From contig OX597827.1 of NCBI GenBank assembly GCA_951406725.2, forward strand, positions 26,288,001 to 26,352,000: a DNA stretch of 64,000 bases, written 5' to 3'. Positions 53,032 through 64,000 of the stretch are shown here, piece by piece. The position numbers were made by a program, and so were the translations under genes. Source of the stretch: Octopus vulgaris. Taxonomy: Eukaryota. Under the pieces are notes generated by a model, which saw only the letters and a program-made list of their open reading frames with translations, did no database searches and was not told the DNA's origin. Every line of letters starts with the position of its first letter. Positions within the stretch are counted from its first letter, which is position 1.

Positions 53032-53175
53032 ATACACATACACACACATGCATCTCTCTCTCTCTATATATATATATATATGTCTGTATGTGTGTGTGTG
53101 TGTGCTTGTACAAGAGTTGCAGAACATGTACCTCCTTGCAACAATGTAACCTTTAATTTAATCAAGATACCCTTA

Positions 53176-53257
53176 GCCTGAAGAGTAGCCGGCGGTACAC
53201 ACCTCACTTGGATTTTACCACTTCTGAGGTTCCGCTCGCTATGAAACATACGTAGCC
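53176..53257 (+). ncRNA. HHR motif with long stem II and truncated stem I
   Basis: gc CTGAAGA gtagc cggcgg..acctca..tgaggt..ccgctc gctat GAAA catacg TA gc. Confidence 0.55.
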
Positions 53258-54181
53258 CTCATCCTTCCTTCTCTAATATGTAACGCGTGTAGAGGGTTCA
53301 AGAAATATTAAAATATATTAGGGTTTAAAAATTCGCACATCCGACAACCCTGTCGCTTACCATGGAATATAAACCGAACATTTTTCAACATATCGTTCTT
53401 CGATACGATAAGAATCCACAACCTTCCGTCAATAAACCACTATTGTCCCTAAAAGTTGGTTTATTTTTTGTATTTACAACGGATTGCTTGAAGCTAACTT
53501 TCTTCCTACACCTCAACCCCTGGATCTTACTTTTACACACACTCACACACACACACACGCACACACACACGCATACATACATAAATGTTATATATATATA
53601 CAAACGTACATACATGCAAGGAACTGACATGGATGCTCCGAATCCCATCTATTGATGGCACAGTCAAGATAGATTTTTAAGACAGTGATTCTCTAGCCGA
53701 GATACTTTAAGTTTAAAAAATGCCCACACTTGGGTGTCTGCAGCGATAGTTCGATCAACTTACCAATTCAACCACAAATTTCCAAATACTCTGAACTCTC
53801 TTAGCTTAAAGTGTTTTGTCGTTTTGTTAGCTACTGGCTTGAGCTCTCTGCCAAACTCAAATAAAATTCTAAGAAAAATTGTATAGAAGTGTGTGTCTCT
53901 AATTTGTCATAACTAGTTATGAAATAAAGAGCAGAAGTAAAACACTGAGGCTTTCAATATTTTGGACTGGAATACTGTGATATGCACCTCTTGAGGGTTC
54001 CTTCAAACCTATACTTTGGAATTTTGATTCTATGACAAAGCAAAATATATTTTTCATGAAAAATATCGTTTTGGCAAATTATACGATCATAACCCAGGGT
54101 GCAACAATTATATCAGTTATTGATCGCTGGACGGCTGAAATCTACAAGTATTTTTGTCATTCTCTCTCTCTCTCTTTCATT

Positions 54182-54219
54182 CCTTTCTGTTGAAGAGTAT
54201 AGGCTCGAAACGTAAAAGG
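54182..54219 (+). ncRNA. Minimal HHR-like motif, variant core CUGUUGA(A)
   Basis: ccttt CTGTTGAA gagt atag gctc GAAA cg TA aaagg. Confidence 0.5.
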
Positions 54220-54275
54220 CCGTTTCATTTTTCCAGAGCGTTAATGTAATAGCTGAATAAATATATGCGTACATA

Positions 54276-54309
<34 letters not shown>

Positions 54310-54342
54310 GGTAAATATAGGCAGATAGACAGACAGACAGAC

Positions 54343-54398
<56 letters not shown>

Positions 54399-54399
54399 T

Positions 54400-54464
<65 letters not shown>

Positions 54465-54467
54465 CTT

Positions 54468-54539
<72 letters not shown>

Positions 54540-55460
54540 TGCGTGTGGGGGGGGGACCGTATTTCAGTTGGTTGCAACTGAAGGTCGAAACTAGATAGCT
54601 GTCTTCATACGTCAGTTTTGTATCTTCTGTTCTATTTCACAGAACACAAACGCCAAAAATATTATTAATCAGTAATGTTGCTCAATTTTAGCAGATTTTC
54701 GCGAAAGATTCTGACCAATTTATATTCTCTACGACGGCACTAGAAAATGGCACATTTCTTTTTACTGAAGAATACATTGTTTAACAACTCTTAAAAGTTA
54801 TAACAGGAACAAATTGAAAGATCTCTGATTAAACGATGAAAGATAAACGCCAACTTAATTCCTTCATTAAATACCGTATCCATTAATGGAATGGCAGTTA
54901 TCAGAAATTACACGTAATCTTTTAATGAAAGTAAATCTTACAATCATTATTGAAATACCTGAGTACTGTTCGGATTTTCTTTCCAACTTAATCCTTCCAT
55001 TGATGTTCTACATGTTTATCCAAATTAGCTAAGAATTAGATGTTAAGATTTCAATGTGAGAATTATTGGTGATTAAATTTTATGTCCAGTTCTTGGCAAT
55101 GAGCCTATAAGTTGCAGGAAACCTTATTGCACCGGGTTCAAATACAGCTTGCTTCATATTGTATATCCCCCACCACTTTGGTCAGGTGTTGTATTTATGT
55201 TCTATTCTTTTATTTGTTTCGGTCATTTGATTGCGGCCATGCTAGAGCACCGCTTTTAGTCGAACAAATCTATGCAAGGACTTATGGACTTATATATTGT
55301 AAACCTAGTACATATTCTGTCGGTCACTTTTGCAGAACCGCTAAGTTTCGGGGACGTAAACAAATCAAAATCGATTGTCTAGCGATGGTGGGGGGACAAA
55401 CACAGACACACAAATACCTATATATATATATATATGTACATGTGTGCCTCTGTGTGTGTG

Positions 55461-55825
55461 TGGAGGCGCAATCTCCCAGTGGTTAGGGCAGCGGACTCGC
55501 AGTCATAGGATGGCAGTTTCGATTTCCAGACCCGGCGTTGTGAGTGTTTTTTGAGCGAAACACTTAAAAGCCCCACGAGGCTCCGGCAGCCGGTAGTCGC
55601 AAACCCTGCGTACTATTTCAAACTTTCTCTCATTCTTTCTTCCTGTTGTACCTGTATTTCAAAGGGCCCAGCCTTGTCACACTCTGTGTCACGCTGAATC
55701 TCCCCGAGAAATACATTAAGAGTACACGTGTCTGTGGAGTGCTCAGCCACTTGCATTTTAATTTTACGAGCAGGCTATTCTGTTGATCGGATCAACTGGA
55801 ACCTCCGTCGTCGGAAACCAAGGGG
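55461..55825 (+). mobile_element. SINE family A, full length; its head is duplicated at 56175-56303
   Basis: ggaggcgcaatctcccagtggttaggg..gtttcgattt head; tail gatcggatcaactggaacctccgtcgtcg. Confidence 0.85.
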
Positions 55826-55833
55826 GTGCAATA

Positions 55834-55868
<35 letters not shown>

Positions 55869-56139
55869 TACATACACGACGGGCTTCTTTATTTTTCCGC
55901 TCACCAAATTTACTCACAAGTCTTTGATCAGCCCGAGGCTATAATAGAAGACACTTTCTCAAGGTGCCACGTAGTCAGACTGAACCCAGAACCATGTGGT
56001 TGGGAAGCTAGCTTCTTACCACACAGTTGTTTATTTAAGAATAGTTGAATGATAACTTATTCAGTTTAGATTGTTCTGTCAGTCTGAAGTTTGCCAGTAT
56101 TTGTCAATGAAGTAAATTTTATATATATGTACATGTGTG

Positions 56140-56176
<37 letters not shown>

Positions 56177-56574
56177 AGGCGCAATCTCCCAGTGGTTAGG
56201 GTAGCGGACTCGCAGTCATAGGATGGCAGTTTCGATTCCCAGACCCGGCGTTGTGAGTGTCTTTTGAGCGAAACACTTAAAAGCCCCACGAGGCTCCGGC
56301 AGGAAGTAAATTCAATTAAACCACCATCTTCATCTTAGTATATTTGCCGTGATGTTCTGAGTTCAAATTCCGCTGAGATCGAATTTGCCATTCTTCCTTT
56401 CGGGATCGAATAAATAAGTACCAGTTACGCACTGACCTCGATGTATTTCACTTAATCCATTTGTCTGTTCTTGATTGTCCCCTCTATTTTTATCCCCACT
56501 CCTGCGGGCAATAAAAAATAAATATATTTGCTTTATACATCTGCTGATTGCGAAAAATTTTTCAATTTCCCACA

Positions 56575-57160
56575 CAGGCGCAGGCATTGCTAAGGGGCCA
56601 AAAGTTTGCTTCCCAACCCGATGGTTCTGGGTTCATTCCCACAGTGTGTGTCTACTGTAGCCTCGTGCTGACCGAAACAATGCGACTGGATTTGATAGAA
56701 GGAAACTGAAAGAAGTCCGTTTAATATATAAATATATGTGTGTGTGTGTCGGTTTGTGAGTATGTGTCTATGTGAGAGCATGCGTATATGTGCGTGAGTG
56801 TGCCTGTGTGAGTGTGTGTGTACGTGTGTGTGTGTCTATGAGTGTGTGTGTGTGTATGCGTGTCTATGTGTGTGAGTTTGTGTGTGTGGAATTGAACGTG
56901 TGTGTGTTTGTGTGTATGTGTTTGTATGTGTGTGTGTGCGTACGTGTGTGTGTCCGTGTCCATCAAATCATTTGGCAAACGGTATCGTTGTGTTTAAGTC
57001 CCTCTACCATGGAAGTTCATCAAAAGAGATCGATGGAATAAGAACCAGGCTTAAAATTAAAAATAAATGCTGGCGGCGATTCGGTGAACTACAAAATACC
57101 TTCAATGCGGTGCCCCAGTATGGTCACAGTTTAATCACTGAAACAAGGAAAAGAAGAGAA
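56575..57160 (+). mobile_element. Diverged SINE family B with expanded internal (GT)n
   Basis: ggcgcaggc head, ggaaactgaaagaag, gcggtgccccagtatggtcacag tail. Confidence 0.7.
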
Positions 57161-57665
57161 CAGAACTAACAGCTCCGTGCATGAACCGGGCGTATTACAT
57201 ATTTTCTAACCAAAAACCAAGAGTAAAATGAAGGCTGCATATAATAATACAAGACATTACCTACAAAGCCTTATCCCATCCAGTTCTGTTAAGAAATTAC
57301 CAATAATCTATCGACGCTTTATTGTTTTATTGGTTTCACTTTGATTATATATAAATTCATTTTATATAAAACGGAATATTAAAATCTAATGTAGTGGATT
57401 ATAGTAGGATATTTACTCTTGTATAAGTTATACTACGCTGCATGTTATACACCATAGGATTTTAAAAACAATTTAGACCCGTTTCATCCAAATCATGTAT
57501 GCGCAGGATGTGTGTATGTACAGGATAACGCGCGTTACACATGGATTCATATAGTATTAAAGTTGAATGCAGTTAATAAGATTATGTATTTTCAGAAGAA
57601 TATTAACCTCATCTGTTTACCTTTCCAGATATGTATATGTATATATATATATATGCATGTATGTA

Positions 57666-57716
<51 letters not shown>

Positions 57717-57798
57717 ATATACATGTGCTCCAGCTTAAAGGCTGTGCTCCAGTATGGCCGCAGTCAGATGACTGAAACTAAACTGAAGGAAGCCTGTC

Positions 57799-57835
<37 letters not shown>

Positions 57836-58247
57836 TATGCTTGTGTGTCGTCTGTGTTTATCCCCCATCACCACTTAACAACTGGTGTTGTGTTTACATC
57901 CCCGTAACTTAGATGTTCGGCACAAGAGACCGATAGAATAAGTACCAGGCTTAAAGAATAAGTACAGGGGTAGATTCATTCGACTAAAAAGTCAATATGG
58001 TGCCCCAGAATGGACGTAGTCTAATGACTGAAACAAGTGAAAGATATATATGTATATATCTATATATATATATATATATGTTTGTTCTAATATTATTATG
58101 AGGGTGAAAAATTGGATATTAATTTGATACCATCAATTTAACACCAGTGGTCTAGCATATTAAACATATATATATGCATATATATATATATATATATACA
58201 CACACATATATATATATATACATACATACATATATATATATATATGC

Positions 58248-58280
<33 letters not shown>

Positions 58281-58298
58281 TACATACATATATATATG

Positions 58299-58385
<87 letters not shown>

Positions 58386-59199
58386 ATGTTGGCTTTCACG
58401 CAAGCGTTCTGGTTAAAATTCCAGATATAAGTACGGCACGGCACAGGCTTCACTAAATTAAGAGTTTTACCTGGCTGTTACTAGGCTCCGAGATTCGATT
58501 TTACTGCCCCGCACTTTATGCCGGTAGCGTTTGTTCGACTCAGGATTTGTGATAACAATTTGGTGGAGTAAAACTACTTTGAACTGATCCTCTTCTTAAC
58601 CGTTACATTTGGTTTGTTCCATTTAACACCATCAGCTTAACTCTGTGTTTCTTTAGCGAAGTTCTTTCTGCAATGATTGAGAAAGAAACTCTAGTCTGTC
58701 GATGCCTCGAAATCTTCATTCTCTGCTTCCCGTTGCAACAACCCATGCGCCGTTGTTTCTCTTGGCCCATTACACTCATCACTTTAGAAGACCCTACAAA
58801 AATAGTATAGAATTTAAAATTTCAATCTATATGATCGAGGTCGGATACGATCTATTTACTTCGACCATGGGAAATTGTTTTGAATCCTGTTCTAACCCAC
58901 TCAGTTTCAATTCAGTTGAAATCCAATACAATGTTTCTCTCATCTCTACAAGATATAGTCTTAAAGTAGTGAGTGAAGAATCATTAGGTATTATTTGTTC
59001 CAACTCCTTAAAATCGATACGCAATCCCCGCCGCCCAACTTTGCCACTGATCCTATGAAAGTTGATTCATCGCATAGGAGTACCAGGCGAGTACTGGGGC
59101 GTTGCTATCCACTGACCATCTTCCCTCAACATTTCTGGCTTTGTGCCTAAACCATACATCATTAAGATATGGCCTTTGCACCCAATAGAATGCAACTAG

Positions 59200-59435
59200 A
59201 GGCGGCGAGCTGGCAGAAACGTTAGCACGCCGGGTAAAAATGCTTAACGGTATTACGTCAGTCTTTACGTTCTGAGTTCAAATTTCACCGAGGTCGGCTT
59301 TGCCTTTCATCCTTTCGGTTTCGATTAAATAAGTACCAGTTACGCACTGGGATCGATATAATCGACTTAATTCGTTTGTCTGTCCTTGTCTGTTCCCTCT
59401 GTGTGTAGCTGTTTGTGGACAGTAAAGAAATAAGA
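59200..59435 (+). mobile_element. SINE family C monomer with apparent target-site duplication
   Basis: ggcggcgagctggcagaaacgttagcacgccggg...aaagaaataag, flanked by agaatgcaactagag on both sides (59187 and 59433). Confidence 0.85.
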
Positions 59436-60958
59436 ATGCAACTAGAGTGCCTAAGTGAATACAAAACACTATCTCGATTCATAAAATTCGTGCAAGCTGG
59501 TTAAGTATGAAAGTTACGAAATTATTTCAACGCCATCTATAAATATATGGCTTCTATCTGGAAAGAAGAAATTTATTTTATAAATCGGTTGAATAAACGG
59601 AAACAAAAGCCGAGTCTCCGTTATTTTTGGTTTTGTGGCTGCATTGTTTTATCTCTCTATCCTCGGTTTTATGTTATTTTTCAAAATTAACAAAGTGTTA
59701 AAGATATTTACAATGTATCGTAACAACGCCTTCGTATTATTAGCTTGTTCAATATTCGATATAACTTTTATGTATTCCTGGTAGGAGAGGAGGTTTAGAT
59801 ATTTATTGCTAAATACATTCACTTTTCTGTGTTTTAACATTGTAATATGTTTAATAATTGCATCAGTCGCACAGTTTTTCCCCCCGGATAGCAAGGTTAG
59901 TAATAAAAGACTTACAAACAGTTTTATTATAGTGAAATAATTACTCATCGAACGATTTTGATATCCGATTCATAGAGAATAAAATACCTGATTAACGATA
60001 GCGAGGCTCGTTATTTTGATAGTCGTGTGTTCGGGTAGAAAGCTAAATTGTAACGGAAACAAAAGGATGAGAAGCTAATTGGAAATAATACGGCAAATAG
60101 ATATAGAGGCGAGTAAAGACTGCGATATAGTTTACTATAGGTTCGTTGAATAACTATGAAACATGAATTTCAGTCATTTGATCTATATTCTCACCCCGAA
60201 GGACATTTCATGTTGTTTAGCGTACCTTGTCTTTATTGTCAAAGTAAATAGAACTCGAAAATGTGTTCAGATTAATATTTGTAAATCAGAGAGAAAAGGA
60301 ACGACAATAAAAGCTGTTGATGTTAGTTATTATGGAAAAATAACTTAATCGAATTAGCAGTGAAGATGAAAAGTTTTATATTATATTCATCGCCGCTTTT
60401 TCAGCAATGATAATTTAGTTAGATTGAAGTTTACATGACCGAGAATAGAATATTTTCAATATTTCTTTTTTACGGTATGTATGAATTTCATTGTGTCAAT
60501 GTATTTCTATGCTTTGACTTAACAATGTTTACACACACATATGTATATATTCTAGCATTGTTTGTAGATTTCGAATGTATTTTAACCAGTTACCAGCTTT
60601 TTGAAAAGCTTCTAATGTAAGCACATTCAGTAGTGGAAAATAAACGTTATTATGTTTATAAATTTTCTTTCTTCTTTTCCCACTCTTTAAAAGGTCTTGC
60701 AAATTTTATTGTCCCAGATAGGTCGCCCAGATGTTGCTGATATTTGCGATAATCTCTACTTCCTTCGAAAACCGAAATTCAGCCATGTAAATTGATGCTA
60801 AATAACCGTCCTTCTAATAATAATAGATATCAAGATGAGAGTGTATTTTAGTTACTGGGTTTGTTGTTTCCTCTTCTATAGTCCATAAATACATTCTTTC
60901 TCTTAGAATTTCCTTGCAACCTCGATATCAAATGGAATATGTACTGTTATCTACTCCT

Positions 60959-60997
<39 letters not shown>

Positions 60998-61538
60998 TGT
61001 CTTTGATTATTCGACCTCTTCTGAGGAAGGAGCTGGTTCTTAAGACAGATACAAAGCTCCATTGTTTGAACGAAGACAAAGAAAACAACCTAATATTTTA
61101 TGTATGCACGCATGTATGTTTAATGTATGTACATATGTATGTATTTATGTATGTATTTTGTTGCGTTATCCAATAGAAGTAACGTCCGTAGGTGACGGTG
61201 TGTATAAACTGTGTATACCAAGGAACAATGTAAATATCGACGGTACATGAAAACGAAGTAGATATTGTCATTATCAATATTATTATTATTTATTTCATTA
61301 TATACATTTACAATTTACACAAATAATGGTGTTTATATTTACAGTATAAATTATTTTAACTCACAGTTTGAGAAAAAAAGGTTTTCATCCATCCATAACA
61401 AAATATTACACAGTCATAATATTATTTTAGATTTCGAGATATATATATATACATATGTATATATATGATATATATATATATATATGTATGATATATATAT
61501 GATATATATATGTATGGATATATAATATATATGTATAT

Positions 61539-61592
<54 letters not shown>

Positions 61593-62142
61593 GTTTACAT
61601 ATATATAAGTAATGTATGCACACGTACACATTCTATTGGATTCAGGTGTCAATATATTTTTTAAAAAAGAACTGTTATTTAGAAATTGGCAATAAAAATA
61701 TCTACAGTGTTATTTATTGAATATCTTGAATGTAATATCTAATAATCTAGGAACTTATGACGGAGAAAGATATCCTCAAACACGAGATAAGAAATTTAAA
61801 TTGAAGTATGGTAATGAAGAAAAAATTTGAATAATTTTCAAGTCAACACAAGACAAAGAAATTTTCAAGTCAAAATTGAATCAATAAAATTTAATGTATG
61901 TATACTACAAAAACCATTTGATCGTCAATTGAATATCTGGCGATAAAGGTTTTCGAAAGTTCCTCGTGACTAAAATTCCTTATTTCTTAATTTTAAAATC
62001 AAAAAATATAGTGTTTTAATTTTTGGATAAATATATTTATCTTGTTACGAAAAATCATTTTTGGATTGAAACATCAAGTGAGGGTTTATGTTCCCGACAA
62101 TTAGTCAAATGTTTAGCTTTGGGTTAATCTTGATAAAGTAGA

Positions 62143-62460
62143 GTGGCACTCCGTCGGTTACGACGAGGAGGTTCCTAGTTGATCCGATCAACGAAACAGC
62201 CTGCTCGTAAAATTAACATGCAAGTGGCTGAGCACTCCGCAGACACGCATACCTTTAACCTGGTTCTCAGGAAGATTCAGCGTGACACAGGATGCGACAA
62301 GGCTGGCATTTTGAAATACAGGTACTACATATTTTTGCCAGTTGATTGGAATGGAGCAACATAAAATGAAGTGTCTTGTCCAAGGTCACAACTTGCTGCC
62401 TTATATCGAACTCACGACTTTACGATCGTGATTCAAATAGCCAAAACACTAGGCCACGCA
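62143..62460 (-). mobile_element. SINE with family-A tail
   Basis: gtggcactccgtcggttacgacgag..gttgatccgatcaacg.aacagcctgctcgt. Confidence 0.75.
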
Positions 62461-62664
62461 TTTTCACCTTGATTAAGTGGGATTATGTTGAAAAGTTTTC
62501 TATATGGAATCACTCCGTCTCTCCTTTTGTTCTGCATGAAAACCAGTTTAGTGTCCTTAAATTTCCAACATTGTCGACACAAGAAACTAGAGATTTGAGG
62601 GCAAACTTCAATCGATTATAGCGGTCCCAGTATCCTACTAGTACATTCTTTTATTAAACTCATG

Positions 62665-63060
62665 ACGGCGAGCTGGCAGAAACGTTAGCACGTCAGGCGA
62701 AATGCGTAGCCGTATTTCGTCTGCCGTTAAGTTCTGAATTCAAATTCCTCCGAGGTCAACTTTGCCTTTCATCCTTTCGGGGTCGATTAAATAAGTACCA
62801 GTTACGTACTGGCCTCGATATAATCGACTTAATCCGTTTGTCTGTTCTTGTTTGTTCTCTCTGTGTTTAGCACCTTGTGGGTAGTAAATAAATAGATATT
62901 TTGTCTGTTGTTACGTTCTGAGTTCAAATTCCGCCGAGGTCAACTTTCATTCTTTCGGAGTCGATAAATTAAGTACCAGTTGCGTACTAGGATCAATCTA
63001 AAAGACTGGTCCCCTCCAACCAAAATTTCGGGTTTTGTGCCAAGAGTAGAAAAGATCATT
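62665..63060 (+). mobile_element. SINE family C dimer (a further degenerate copy follows at about 63135-63310)
   Basis: Two successive gttctga.ttcaaattcc.ccgaggtcaacttt..aagtaccagtt.cgtact blocks. Confidence 0.8.
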
Positions 63061-64000
63061 TTATCAACCTCTTAGAAACTTGCGCTCTGTAGGATACGAA
63101 CACGGATCATTGATAAACAGAATAACTTTAAGTCATCGTTAGAGCATCGGAAAAATGTATTGGCGTATATTTTGGCTCTTTATATTTTGAGTTCAAATCT
63201 CAACTTGGTCACCTTTCTTTTTCATCCTTTTGGAACCGGAAAAAAATTAAGTTGACAATATGCTGCGATCGATATCATTGACTAAAGCCTCCTCTAAAAA
63301 TTGCTTGCCTAGAAACTAAATCAGAGATTGTTATTTATTCCGTCTCGGCATCTTGTACGCCTTCGAAAGTGAATGGGCATCGGAAATTTAGTTGAATCTA
63401 GGATATTACTGGTTGGGCTGAAGATAACATTCTCCCTTTCCCCCAACTGTTAAGAAGGCTCTGAACAGGGTCAGAGACACTGCCATTCCTGGGCTTTTTT
63501 TCTTTACCGTTTAACGACAGAGAGAATCGCAGTGCTCTAGCCTACTCTATTTTCAGGAAAACTGAAACTCTGACTAAAAAGTGGGCCGAATTCGTGCAAC
63601 AGCCTGGATTCTGCTAGATACACCCAAGACCAATCTACGCGACAGATTAAAGCTTTCGCTTGAGAATTCTGAACTGAAAGTCTTGGAAGAAATACTGCAA
63701 AGCACCTCGTCTAACGTATCAAGTTCACCAATCCATAAGTCTCAACTGGTTCTTCATTTTATGGATACTGAAAGGATGTAAGATAAATATTTCCTCAGCA
63801 GGATTTGAACATACAGCTTAGAAAACCAGAAGAAGACTTCGCTCTTACACTTTAGTGGTTCTATTAAATCGTTGCCTAAACTATTAAATTCAACGAAGCA
63901 AAAGTAAATACTGTTACACAACTTAGTACAAATCTTTAGCGTTTCTGACAACATACTAAACACTATCATTAATGTTCTAGCATCAATTTTAAGTACTAAC

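Noticed and set aside
63581-63781. 66-aa ORF with ordinary composition near the window end
   Set aside because: No recognisable motif or clear splice structure; cannot be supported without a search.

Overview
AT-rich, microsatellite-saturated eukaryotic DNA. The SINE families and Dong/R4, RTE and Penelope content point to an octopus genome (inference from repeat recognition, not a search). I can support no intact host protein-coding gene, and nearly all ORF-track entries are translated microsatellites. Recognisable content: a pogo-like DDE+PHD transposon, a full-length degenerate mariner, a short Helitron, a Naiad-type Penelope-like element (PLE; RT + GIY-YIG), a same-strand cluster of Dong/R4 LINE fragments in (AAT)n tracts, an RTE 3' end, many tRNA-derived SINEs and a candidate TATA promoter near 37.3 kb. 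The main unexplained signal is about 18 type I hammerhead ribozyme (HHR) motifs or variants, read by eye. Seven of them lie in three diverged, ORF-less ~550-bp units arranged in tandem and inverted orientation (22.4-24.5 kb, 48.6-50.05 kb). These units show compensatory changes in the HHR and in a second hairpin, and are a candidate large retrozyme-like (self-cleaving, possibly circRNA-forming) family that may be mobilised by PLEs. Ribozyme activity, expression and novelty are untested.
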